A model generated the notes under the pieces. The model saw nothing but the letters and a program-made list of their open reading frames with translations. It was not told the DNA's origin and made no database searches. Position numbers and translations under genes: made by a program. This document shows, piece by piece, positions 52,543-62,800 of a stretch of 64,000 nt of DNA. How positions within the stretch are numbered: the first letter of the stretch is position 1; each line of letters begins with the position of its first letter. The stretch is from Candidatus Latescibacterota bacterium. GTDB taxonomy: Bacteria > Latescibacterota > UBA2968 > UBA8231. Location: contig OZ244561.1 of assembly GCA_965217585.1 (NCBI GenBank), positions 3,680,001 through 3,744,000 on the forward strand, given 5' to 3'.

Positions 52543-54633
52543 ATGAAAGCGCATTGTGCCGCAGTCGGTCTCGTCTTAGTGCTCTGGCTGCCGAGCGGAA
52601 GTTTGGCTCTCGACGCGGTCTCGATTGGGGAGGGCGGCGACTTGGACTGGCGAGGTGAAGGCGAGGCAATCGTCTCCACCATTGACGCCGAGCACCGCTC
52701 GCCCTTAGACCCCAACAACCTGCTAGTGGGCAACGCGCCCGGCGACTTAGTCGAATTCGCACGCGATGATTTTCCCCACAGCATCCTGCCGCTGCGCATT
52801 GCCGAGGGGGATAACGTGGCCGTCGGCACCATCGAGCGCGGCGGCGACATCGATTCGCCCAATGTCTTCGACTTCAGCGGTACGTTCAAGCCGCTCGACT
52901 TGAAGATGATGTTAAAGGAGTTGCTCTCGGACGACCCGGGCGGCGAGTTGTTGGCCTTTGAGCGCAAGAATCAGAACTCCCTCGGCATCCTAGTCCTGCT
53001 CAATTTAGGGGCGCGCTTCGGGGTGGAGCGGATACGCATCTATCCGCGCAATACGGTCGTATCTTCGCCCTCGACCCCCTTCCAAAACGACTACCTACGC
53101 GCGTATGAGCTGTTTACCAACGACGGCCTAAACCTGACCAGCGAGGACACGCCCATCTGGGATCCGCTGATCGCCGAGACCGACAACCAAGTCGCGGTTA
53201 TCGACGTGCCGCTCGACCCGCCGCGCTACGTCCAGCACCTGCGTTTGCGGGCGACCTCGCCGATAGACTTTGAGATCGACGAGATCGAGATTTTCGGCAA
53301 GGGCTTCCTGTCGCGGGCCCAGTACGTGTCGGACATTTTCGACGCCGGGCAACCAGCCGTGTGGGGCGCGCTGCGCTGGGTGGAAGAGGTGTTGGGCGAT
53401 CCGCGCTTCTCCAGCGCGCAGATCCGCACGCGCACGGGCACGGACACCTCGCCCTTTGTGTACACCCGCCGGTTGCGCGGCAAGCAAGACGCCGATGACA
53501 TCCCTTTTTCGCTGGAAAATCCCGGGGAGGGAATGGGCCTAGCCGAGTACCGGAAATTTCCCCAAAAGGCCGGTCAGACGCCCATTACCGACGCTGCGGG
53601 CCGCGAGTGGATGGCCGGGGCCGTGACTGACGACCTGATCAATTGGAGTCCTTTCAGCACGCCTTATCCGGCGAGCGCAGCTAACGGCCCGGGCCTGCCC
53701 ATTGTCTCGCCCAGTCCGCGCCGCTACATGCAGTTCGAAGTAATTTTTAATAGCAGCGACCTAGAGGCAGCGCGGGTGATCGAGTCGCTGAGCTTCGACT
53801 TGTTGACGCCGCCGTTTGCCGACGCCTTGGTCGGCGAGGTCTTTCCGCGCGAGGTAGAGGTGTCTGAGGAAGTGTCCTTTACCTTTGCCGTGCGCGCCGC
53901 CATGGGCACCGCCGACCTGCGCGGCTTCGACACCATTGAGATTGACACGCCGGCGCGGGTGTCGAGCATCGACGCAGTGCAGATTATTGATGGCGATGGT
54001 GCGGTCGTGGCCGAGCATCAGTTCGCTAGCCTCGACGCGGCTGGCGAGGATTTCGCCATTGCCGAGGTGACCGACGACCACTTTGCCGTGCGCTTCCCCG
54101 TGGTGACCGACGACCAGACGCAGGTGCATGTTCGCTTCCAGACCAACGTGCTGACGTACAGCACCAACTTCACCGCTGCGGCGCGGCTGACGACCGAGCC
54201 GGGTGCCGCCCAGGTCATCGACCCGAGCAATGTGGCCTTTTTGGGCGAAGGGGACGAGGACGCCTTTTCCGGCACCACGGTGCTCAGCCCGTCCGTATTG
54301 GCCGAAGGGCAGCTACTGGGCCAAGTGCAGGCGGCACCCAACCCCTTCACCCCCAATGGCGACGGCATCAACGACGAAGCGGTCATCTACTACAACCTGC
54401 TGGCGCTGAGTACTGCGCGGCCGGTCGAGGTAGCGCTCTACGACTTGAGCGGTCGGCGCGTGCGCGTCCTCTTCGCCGGCGAAGAAGCCAACGGCCGCTA
54501 CACGGACAAAGTGTGGGATGGTCGCGACGACCAAGGCCAAGCCGTTCCCCCGGGCCTGTACGTGGCCCGCGTCTTTGTCGCCGGGGACTCGGGCGACGCC
54601 GAGCAGAGCCGCGTCGTAGCCGTCGTTTACTAA
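52543..54633 (+). CDS. Secreted protein with TPNGDG-FlgD C-terminal domain (paralog 2)
   Basis: GGAGG RBS, signal peptide; NPFTPNGDGIND, LYDLSGRRV, WDGRDDQGQAVPPGLY, ends VAVVY. Confidence 0.8.
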   Translation: MKAHCAAVGLVLVLWLPSGSLALDAVSIGEGGDLDWRGEGEAIVSTIDAEHRSPLDPNNLLVGNAPGDLVEFARDDFPHSILPLRIAEGDNVAVGTIERGGDIDSPNVFDFSGTFKPLDLKMMLKELLSDDPGGELLAFERKNQNSLGILVLLNLGARFGVERIRIYPRNTVVSSPSTPFQNDYLRAYELFTNDGLNLTSEDTPIWDPLIAETDNQVAVIDVPLDPPRYVQHLRLRATSPIDFEIDEIEIFGKGFLSRAQYVSDIFDAGQPAVWGALRWVEEVLGDPRFSSAQIRTRTGTDTSPFVYTRRLRGKQDADDIPFSLENPGEGMGLAEYRKFPQKAGQTPITDAAGREWMAGAVTDDLINWSPFSTPYPASAANGPGLPIVSPSPRRYMQFEVIFNSSDLEAARVIESLSFDLLTPPFADALVGEVFPREVEVSEEVSFTFAVRAAMGTADLRGFDTIEIDTPARVSSIDAVQIIDGDGAVVAEHQFASLDAAGEDFAIAEVTDDHFAVRFPVVTDDQTQVHVRFQTNVLTYSTNFTAAARLTTEPGAAQVIDPSNVAFLGEGDEDAFSGTTVLSPSVLAEGQLLGQVQAAPNPFTPNGDGINDEAVIYYNLLALSTARPVEVALYDLSGRRVRVLFAGEEANGRYTDKVWDGRDDQGQAVPPGLYVARVFVAGDSGDAEQSRVVAVVY

Positions 54634-54752
54634 CGCCCCAGTCTCTCGAACTGCTTTTGCACCCGTGGGTCGTCGGGTAACACGCTGAGCGGTCCATGCC
54701 CGAAAACCGCCCAGCGGCTCGCGTTGTGCATCGAGAAGTCGCTTTCTGCGGA

Positions 54753-56966
54753 TCAACCGCCGAAAATTTGTTCGATCTGGGCTTCCATTTCCCGGCGTGC
54801 TACCCTTTCCATGCGATAGGCGCGCTGACTGAGGCTAAAGGCCGCGAATTGGGCGTCCGCGTCGGCTTGGCGTCCGGTGCGTTGGTAGAGGTGCCCGAGG
54901 AATAGATGGGCTTGGTAGTCGCGCGGAGCGATCTGGAGCAAATGCTCAAACAGGGTCACGGCCTCTGCATAGCGCCCTTGGCGGGCGTAGAGCATCCCCA
55001 AGCTCCAATGGGGATGCGCGGCCTTGGGGTCGAGCGCGATGGCGCGGCGCAAAAGTCTTTCGGCCTCGGCTAACTGGCTCGTTTGCCCGAGGGCCATGCC
55101 CGTCCCTTGTTCGAGTTGGATGAGCAAGTCGGCGAGGCGGGTTGGGTACTCGGGAATGTGCGGTTCGCGCTGCACGAGTTGTTCAAACTCGGCGATGGCC
55201 TCGCGATTTTGCCCTTGCTCGGCGTACAGGCGAGCAAGTTGATAGCGCACGAGCGTCGAGTCCGGGTTCAGTTCGAGCGTACGGCTATAAGCTCGGGCTG
55301 CGCGCTGGGGTTGGTCCGTCATTAGAAGGGCGTAGCCGAGGCCGCCGTGCGCCGCTGCCCAGTTGGGACGCGCCGCTGTGATCTCAGAGTACGAGGCCGC
55401 GGCCTCGTCGTAGCGCCGAGCGAGCAACGCGGTGTGGCCGAGGAGAAAGCGCACGTCCGCGTCGTGGGGCCGCGTTTTAAGATAGCGCCGATAGAGGTCG
55501 ATGGCCTTGCCGTAGCGCTTGGCCTCGCCGTGGAGCGCCGCGAGCGCGAGAAGTGGCTCGGCGAAGTCGGGGTCGCGGGCCATGGCGCGGCGGTAGTGGC
55601 GGGCGGCGTGGGCCGGCATGTCCCGTTCCTCGTAGGCGTAGCCGAGATAGTAGTGCTCGTGGGCATCGCCCTCTAGGTCCATCGCGCCCGTGGCCACATT
55701 GCAAAAGACCAAGAGGGCGGCAAAGGCGGCGAGCGCGGGCCAAGGCCGGTGCCACAGGGCGCGCACCCCACAAGCCGCAAACAGCAACAGCACGGGCACG
55801 GCCGGCAGGCGATAGCGCCCGGTGACGAAAAACAGCACCACGGAAAGCGCGTAGCAAGCCACAAAGAGCGCGAGCAAGCGCCCCTCGGGAGGCTCGGGGG
55901 AGCGCAGAAAGGTAAAAAGCCCCATTAGGGCCAGCGGGGCGACCAAGCCGAAGGGAAACGCCAGCCCCTTTTTCCACAGCAGGATCGACAACAGCGAGGA
56001 GTCGTTGCGGGCAAAGTAGAGGTCGCGGTTGCGCGGGATTTCGTCGCCGCGCAGGAACAGATAGCCCTTGTAGGCCAGCAAGCCCAAGAAATTGAGCGGC
56101 TCGGAGGTTATGTACTGCCAAGATTGGGCAAAGAAATAGCGCGACTTGGCCGAAGGCTGCTCAATGCCGGCGCGGATTTCGGGCATTTCCACCAGCTCGG
56201 CCCAAGCTCGTCCCGGGCGGATGCGGGTCGTTTGCGCGTAGTCGGCGTTGTTGCCGATGTAAAAGTTGATGCCCGCGTTGTGCGAGATGAGCACTAGATC
56301 GTCGCCTACCGCCCAGTTGCGATACGCGACCGGCGCGATGACCAGCGCACAGCCCAAGAGCAGGAGAGCCGGTGGGCGGAATCGCCGCTGCCGCCAGTAG
56401 AAATAGCCCAACAGCACGAGCGCGAAGAGCAGCACATTGGCCACGGCGAGCGCGGACAGGCCCAGCAGCACACCGGCTGCCAGCGCGCGCGCCCAACCGC
56501 CCTCGCCGACTACGAGCAACAGAACGAGCAAGTTGAGGCAACAGGCCAGCAGGGTTGGCAGCAACTCGCCGCCAAAATAGATGAGGGGTCCGTACAACGC
56601 CGCGGCAAAACCCGCGCCTAGCCCGACCCCCGCGCCAAAGACCCGGTACCCCAACAGGCAGATGAGGACGCAGACGAGTGCGCCCATGACGGCTTGGATG
56701 AGTCGCGGCAGGTAGAGGTCGTCCCCAGCGACGGCAAAGAGGACGCCGAGCAGCACTGGGTAGAGCGGCGGTTGCCAGAAGGGCGCGGGCCGACCGGCAA
56801 AGGAGACGTCGCTTAGGTAGCGAGCGTCCTCGGCATAGGTGCGGGCATCGACGACGGGTGCGGTGAAAAGCGGGCTGGCGCGTATTTCGTGGAGGTAATA
56901 CAGGCGCGCTGAGAGGGCGAGCGCGAAGACGGCCACCACCCCCATGAACATCCAGCGTCTAGCCAT
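54753..56966 (-). CDS. GT-C fold (PMT/ArnT-like) membrane glycosyltransferase with C-terminal TPR array
   Basis: First-loop DARTY, FWQPPLYP, many TM segments, GINFYIGNN, RYRLP, then TPR repeats. Confidence 0.78.
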   Translation of the reverse strand: MARRWMFMGVVAVFALALSARLYYLHEIRASPLFTAPVVDARTYAEDARYLSDVSFAGRPAPFWQPPLYPVLLGVLFAVAGDDLYLPRLIQAVMGALVCVLICLLGYRVFGAGVGLGAGFAAALYGPLIYFGGELLPTLLACCLNLLVLLLVVGEGGWARALAAGVLLGLSALAVANVLLFALVLLGYFYWRQRRFRPPALLLLGCALVIAPVAYRNWAVGDDLVLISHNAGINFYIGNNADYAQTTRIRPGRAWAELVEMPEIRAGIEQPSAKSRYFFAQSWQYITSEPLNFLGLLAYKGYLFLRGDEIPRNRDLYFARNDSSLLSILLWKKGLAFPFGLVAPLALMGLFTFLRSPEPPEGRLLALFVACYALSVVLFFVTGRYRLPAVPVLLLFAACGVRALWHRPWPALAAFAALLVFCNVATGAMDLEGDAHEHYYLGYAYEERDMPAHAARHYRRAMARDPDFAEPLLALAALHGEAKRYGKAIDLYRRYLKTRPHDADVRFLLGHTALLARRYDEAAASYSEITAARPNWAAAHGGLGYALLMTDQPQRAARAYSRTLELNPDSTLVRYQLARLYAEQGQNREAIAEFEQLVQREPHIPEYPTRLADLLIQLEQGTGMALGQTSQLAEAERLLRRAIALDPKAAHPHWSLGMLYARQGRYAEAVTLFEHLLQIAPRDYQAHLFLGHLYQRTGRQADADAQFAAFSLSQRAYRMERVARREMEAQIEQIFGG

Positions 56967-56996
56967 ATAGCAATCCTACATCATTCATAAGATGAT

Positions 56997-57024
56997 CCGC
57001 AGATGGACGCAGACAGACGCAGAA
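56997..57024. repeat. Short 10-bp-period tandem repeat (CGCAGA x3)
   Basis: CCGCAGATGG ACGCAGACAG ACGCAGAA in the intergenic gap. Confidence 0.55.
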
Positions 57025-57081
57025 TAGTAGGAACAAGACGATCCACCGCTCGAACCGTTCAAGTCATGCCGGATTGCTATA

Positions 57082-59745
57082 TCATTGCAAGCCCGCGTAG
57101 ATGGAAATAAAGATCTGGTTAATAATCACGGCGTCCTCGCCCCGGGGCTGGCGGCGGTCGATTTTCATCCCCGCATGAGTCGTGACCTTGTAGCCGAGAT
57201 AATCGGAGGTATTGGCTAGCTGCAAGGCCCAGACTAGGCCGTTGAAGTCGTTGGAGTCGCGCTTCATGTCGTTGAGGAAGGTCAGCTCCAGCCCGCTCAG
57301 CAGGGTCGTGTGGCTGAGCAGGGGAAAGCCAAGGACGAAGCCGCCGATCTCGGCCAACTCGGTGCGTGCGTCAGCCGAAATTAGGTCGCGGCTCTGGTGG
57401 CGATACTCGCTTTTCCAGCGCGGCTCCAGCCACAGGTGCCCAAAATCGAAGCGGTAGCTGATTTTGTTGATTAGGCCAAAGAAAAAGTCGCGCTCGCGCA
57501 GGCCCAACAGCGCGCGCTCATTGGCGCTGAGCCGCTGGTGATAGAGGTCGTATTTGAGGTAATTGGCCGTCAGCAGGCCGCGCAGCTTGTAGTCGTGGCC
57601 GATCCACAGGCTGTTGATCCAAGCGTCGCGGGCGATGAGGGGATCCTCGACTTTGGTTGGTTCGCCGGTGCGGATATTGGCGTTGGGCAGCCACTGCAAG
57701 AGGTCGTCGGGAATGTCGTCGGTGGTGGATTTGAGCATCTCAAAGGCGCGGAAGCGACCCCAAGAAGGGTGGTGGTAGTCGAGAGTTAGCAGGGCGTAAT
57801 TGGCGTGGTTTTTCTGGTTGGAAGAAATGAGGCCCTCGCGCAAGACGCCGACCATCAGCCGCACCTCCGGGGTGAAGTGGACGCCGCCGTAGGCGTTGTA
57901 CCCGCGGTGATCCTTATTGTAGGGGTAGTCGGGCAGTTCGTCGTTTTCAAAGCGATCGACCCACAGGTTGTTGTTCAAGTCGATGCCGAAGAGGAATTCG
58001 GGCCGATCGACGTTGTGGCGCAAAAACGGCTCCTCGTAGTCCGGGATGAGGTTACTCAAGAAGCGGTTGTCGTTCTGGTTGAAATCCGAGATGAAGTCGT
58101 TGTTCTCGTCCCAGCCGGGGAAGACGCTCGGATCGCCCACCTGCCAGTCCTTGCGCACTGTGTCGGGAAATTCGTCTTGGTCGTCGTTGTCCTCGACCAG
58201 CTCGACGACGTGGATGCGTTCGTCCTCGTAGTCGATAAAGCCATCGCCTTGGGCGGTGAACGTGCGGGTGGAGTAGCGAGGATCCATGCTGTATGCCTCG
58301 CCGAAGAAGAAGAAGGGAAACGCGACCCGCGAGAGGTTCATCATCCACGCGGCCGCGGCGCGGTCGCCGCGGATGCCCGAGAAGGTGGTGTGGGTTTTGG
58401 CGACTACATTGGGATATTTGGTGTAGCTGTAGCTGAGATCGTACTCGCCGTAGAAGTCGAAGCCGAGGACCTTTTGCAACTCTATGGTTGCTCCCCAGAT
58501 CTGGGTGGAAGTCGGCAGGCCGTAGTCGAAACTGACGATCTGCAAATTGGTGTTGTCTTGGACATTGCCCTCGGCTTGGGCGACGAGCAAGAGCACGGAT
58601 TCGCCGCTGAAGTTGAGCTGGCTGTCGGAGGTGACCCAGACCTGATAGTCGTTGCCCAGCACGAGGCGGAACTCGACCTTTTTGATTTCTTCTTTGGTGC
58701 CCGAGGCGCGGTTGACAAAGGCCGGGCTGTCAAAGTCGTAGCGCAGGCGGATCTCCTCGACGCCATCGGCCGAGAGAAAGCCCTCCCCCACGAGGCCGCC
58801 CTCGACGATCGGCTCAAAGCGAATGGCCTTGCCATTGTCTTGAGTTCCGTCGAGATAGGTGATAATGATGTCCGAACCGGCACTGAAGAAGGCCGCGCCG
58901 CCGACGCCGTCCTCGGGGCTGTCGTCGCGCAAGACGATCTCGATGATCGAGACGGTCTGGTTCTGATCGACTGTAAGCTCACCGGTGAAGGGGTTGCCGG
59001 TAAAGCCGTCGATGAGGGTGTTGGACTGGTGGGCGTTGACCATGGTCAGCCCTATGGTGGCGAAGTCGCCCACCTGCGCGGTGGTGCGGCTGCCGAACAT
59101 AGATGTTTCGTTGGTGACCAAGCTCTCTTGATCGTTGGTTGACGTGCCACCGGGGCGGCTGATACGCGAGTAGATCAGGGTGCCTTGGTATTTGTCGGCC
59201 GCGTAGTCGAATTGAATGCCGTCCCAGCGCGGCTTGGAGAAGGTCATCGGCGTCAGGGTCGAGCGGATCTTGGTGCCGGCCGTCAGGGCGTAGTGGTGCT
59301 GGCCCTTGGAGTCGGCCGAGATGACCAAGCCGCTAAACCACCCCTCGAAATTTCTGGACTTCAGCACAGAAGAGCCAAACTGCCGAGGCTGGGTCTGCGA
59401 GTTGTTGAAAATCAGCCAGCCCCGGGTGATGAGGTTGCCGTAGAGGTCGTAGTAGTAATCGCCCTCGCGGATGGCGCTGACGTAGCGCTGGTAGTGATCG
59501 CGGGCGTAGTTGGAGTATTCCCACTGTCGCCACTGGTATTCGTTAAAAAGCTCCTGTGGCACGTACCACCTGCGCTTGGCCGGGTCGAGGGCGCCGAACA
59601 GGACGCCGGGCCCCTGTGGCTCAAAGGAAACCACCCCGCCCCTTTTGACCGTGCCGGTGCGAGCGCCGTATTCCTGGGCTTCGGCAGCAGCACTGCCGAG
59701 CCACAGGATGGCTATTGCCGTCCAGAATATCCATCTCCGGTTCAT
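57082..59745 (-). CDS. Secreted 887-aa hypothetical protein, probably outer membrane, with Asp/Asn-rich loops
   Basis: AGGAGG RBS, signal peptide MNRRWIFW...AEA; amphipathic beta-strand pattern; EDNDDQDEFPD, WDENNDFISD, DLNNNLWVD. Confidence 0.75.
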   Translation of the reverse strand: MNRRWIFWTAIAILWLGSAAAEAQEYGARTGTVKRGGVVSFEPQGPGVLFGALDPAKRRWYVPQELFNEYQWRQWEYSNYARDHYQRYVSAIREGDYYYDLYGNLITRGWLIFNNSQTQPRQFGSSVLKSRNFEGWFSGLVISADSKGQHHYALTAGTKIRSTLTPMTFSKPRWDGIQFDYAADKYQGTLIYSRISRPGGTSTNDQESLVTNETSMFGSRTTAQVGDFATIGLTMVNAHQSNTLIDGFTGNPFTGELTVDQNQTVSIIEIVLRDDSPEDGVGGAAFFSAGSDIIITYLDGTQDNGKAIRFEPIVEGGLVGEGFLSADGVEEIRLRYDFDSPAFVNRASGTKEEIKKVEFRLVLGNDYQVWVTSDSQLNFSGESVLLLVAQAEGNVQDNTNLQIVSFDYGLPTSTQIWGATIELQKVLGFDFYGEYDLSYSYTKYPNVVAKTHTTFSGIRGDRAAAAWMMNLSRVAFPFFFFGEAYSMDPRYSTRTFTAQGDGFIDYEDERIHVVELVEDNDDQDEFPDTVRKDWQVGDPSVFPGWDENNDFISDFNQNDNRFLSNLIPDYEEPFLRHNVDRPEFLFGIDLNNNLWVDRFENDELPDYPYNKDHRGYNAYGGVHFTPEVRLMVGVLREGLISSNQKNHANYALLTLDYHHPSWGRFRAFEMLKSTTDDIPDDLLQWLPNANIRTGEPTKVEDPLIARDAWINSLWIGHDYKLRGLLTANYLKYDLYHQRLSANERALLGLRERDFFFGLINKISYRFDFGHLWLEPRWKSEYRHQSRDLISADARTELAEIGGFVLGFPLLSHTTLLSGLELTFLNDMKRDSNDFNGLVWALQLANTSDYLGYKVTTHAGMKIDRRQPRGEDAVIINQIFISIYAGLQ

Positions 59746-59800
59746 GCAATCCCTCCTAAGGTGCGTCAATGATAATCGGCCCCGGGCGTTCCAGCAATAA

Positions 59801-62800
59801 CTAGTAGGCCACGGCGATAAGCCGCGCTTGGGTCGTCGGGTGCCCTGCGGCGTCGGCGTCGAGTTGGACTTGGCACAGATACAGCCCGGGCGGTGCTTGG
59901 CGGCCGCGGTCATCGAGGCCGTCCCAACGCACGGTGGTGCGGCCGCTTAGCACCATCTCCTCGCGCTGCCAAATCGGTCGCCCATCGAGCGCGTAAATCC
60001 GCACTTGGAGGCGGCGGCTGGAAGTGAGCTTGAAGATATCCAGCGAGATTTCAGCCGCGTCGTTGATCCCGTCGCCGTTGGGGGTAAAGGGGTTGGGACC
60101 GACTGCGAGGCCATGGAGAAGGCCGCTATCGATGGGGACCTTGATTGCTAGCGTGTTGCTGCCGACACTTTCGTCGGCGTTGCCCGCTTCAACGGCCTGC
60201 CACGCCACTTCGGCGTCGGCGCTCGCTGCATGGCGCACGAACAGGCGCAAGGTCGTACCGTTGAGAAAGACCGGTGCTGAAAGGCGCAGGCGAAAGCGCT
60301 GGCCCGGCCCGGTCACAATGCCGCGATTAGTCGAAGAGAGGCGGTTGTACGCTGCCGAGTCGAGCGAGTCGCCTCGCGCGTCAAAGGGAAACTGGGCCCC
60401 ATCGCCACGCAGAATGCGGAAGTAGCGGACGGGGCCTTGCTCTTCGCTGGGCAGGTCGCCGTAGCTGGTTTGGTCGATCTCGCTGAGCCGGTCGCCATTG
60501 CGGCGGAAATAGCGGATGGCCCCTCGTTCGTCTTTGTCGAGGGTCCCGTACGCCGCGGCCGTAAGCGGCAGGCCGTCTTGGGTCACGGGTACCTCTTCGC
60601 CCTCGAGGGTAATGCGGTTGTACGTGCGGCTGGTCGCGGGCAGGATGTTGAGCGCGTCGTCTAGGCGCACCCAGATCGAGTCGCCGCCATTCGCTATAAG
60701 CGCGACTTGCGTCTGGTCGTCGGCCGAGAGCACGCCGCGCTCGGTCCCAAGGCGAAAGACCTGCTCGTCGTCCGGGCCGCCGATGCCAAACTCCACGAGT
60801 TCGAGGTTTTCCGAGGCCGGCATGGTCAGCAGGATTTCGTTGAAGCCAGAGCTGCGCGAGGCTGAGGGCGACTCGATGAAGTAGGGCTGGGCAAAGACGT
60901 CAAAGGTCTCCCGCTCACCGGAGGTCTCCACCGAGGCCGGCCACAGCTCGGCCGCGATGCGCTCAGCCACGGGATTGAGCAGTTCGACCGCGAGCGAGCG
61001 GATCGAAGCTGCGGCCTCGCGATCGGTGGTAATCATCTCGACTTGGAACTGCAAGAACTTGCGCAGGCCGGGGGAGGTGACGATGTCGCCGGGCTGCTGG
61101 TAGGCGCGGCTCCAAGGGCTCCAGCCGCTGGTGGGCACGAAGGTGGTGTCGGCTGGCCCCTTGAAGCTGCCCAAGAGGTTTTTCCAAGCGTCATAGGTGA
61201 TTTCGTTGCCCGAGCTATCGAAGTAGCGGATGACCTTGCCCAGCAGGTCGCCGGTGCGGGTGCGGATTGCGACGGTCGTGCCCGGGGGCGTTTCGGCTTC
61301 CCAAGTGATGGGCCCGAAGTTGCGCGCCCCAGGTAGCGCAATCAGATCGGAGGTCAGCTCTACTTGCGCGGGGTAGCCAGTGGAAAAAAGCTGGTACTCG
61401 ACGATGGTCGGTCCGGTGTTGTACCCACCTCGGCGGCGCGGGTCTGCCGAGATGATGCTTATTTCGAGGAAGCGGAGCTTGGGACTGGGAGTATAGGTGT
61501 CGATGATGTGCTCAAAGCGGTCGGTGCTGTTGTCCTCGCGGAAGCGGGGGCTGAGGCGCGCCCACTTGATCTTGCCGCGCGTGTCGCGCGAGCCGTCGGA
61601 GCCGCGGATTAAGTAGCCGTCGATAAAAGGCCGGGGCCGGGCCGAGGAAATGCGCATGACGTCGAGCCAAAACGACGCGCCCATGTCGACGGTGAGCACG
61701 CCGCGGTCGATGGTCGGCGACCAAACGAGGTGCAGGAAGCTGGTGCTGAAATCCCCATCAAAAGCCGGCCCTGGTATGAAGCCGTCGCCGGTCAGGTTGA
61801 GTTGACCGCCGCCGGCCACCAACCCGCTGCTGATGTTGTCGCCAAACCCGTACACCTCGATTCCGGCTAGGCGCGGTCGTTCGCGCCGGTAGTAATCCAA
61901 GCGGCCTTGGCGCTGGGGGTCGAGGCTTTCATAGACGGTGCGTTCGACCGGCTCTTCAAAGCCCTGTTCGTCGCGGATGAAATAGACAATTGCGCCGCGC
62001 TCGTCGGCTGGCAGGGCCTGCCATTCATCTTCGCTGGTCGGCTCGCCGCGCTGGCCGCGGGTATCGCTGACCACGATGCGGATGGTCTGCACCAGCCTGC
62101 CCTGCCAGTCGGGGTCGGCTTTGAGCTGTTCGAGACCGATGCGAAAGGTGCGCTGGTCGCGGTTGGGGGCCTTGGTGTTGGCGATTCGTTCAAAGGTGAT
62201 TTTGTCGGCGTTTTCCTGCACCGGCTCTTGGTCGGGCGCGGCGAGGACGCGGAACTGGAAGAAGGGGTCGCCTAGCTCTTCCTCGACGAAGTGGATGACG
62301 AGGGAATCGACCGCCACGACGCGGCCCAAGTCCATTTCGATCCACCAGTCGTCGAGTGGTGCCTGCGGGTCGGGCTCCCAAAAGGTGGTTGGATCGTCGT
62401 CGAGGATGTGGGCGGCCGCGGCCTCATTCGAGCCGACGCGGCTGATACCTGGGCGAAAGAAATAGGAGTAGATGGGGTTGCCCTTGCGGTCGAGGATGAC
62501 CTCGCCTTTCACGTCGCGGGTTTGGGTACTGTCGATGTTGAGGATGGCGTTCTGGTTGCGGCGGCGACGCAGATCCACGATGGGGCGGGTGAAGGTCTCT
62601 AGATCGTCGAGCAAGTTGAAATGCGCGCGGAAAAAGTGCGGCTCGACGGTGCCGTCCGGCGACACCTTCACGGCGTGGATAGGTAGCTGCCAATTGTGCC
62701 AGTGCGCGGCCCTATTGACCACTACGGAGCGGCTGGTGACGCGGTGGCCCTTTTGGGCGTGAGCTGCGACCAGCGGTGCCAAGCAGATGCCTATAAACAC

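Noticed and set aside
57805-59142. 445-aa plus-strand ORF and similar long antisense ORFs
   Set aside because: Shadow frames of GC-rich coding genes, with no motifs.
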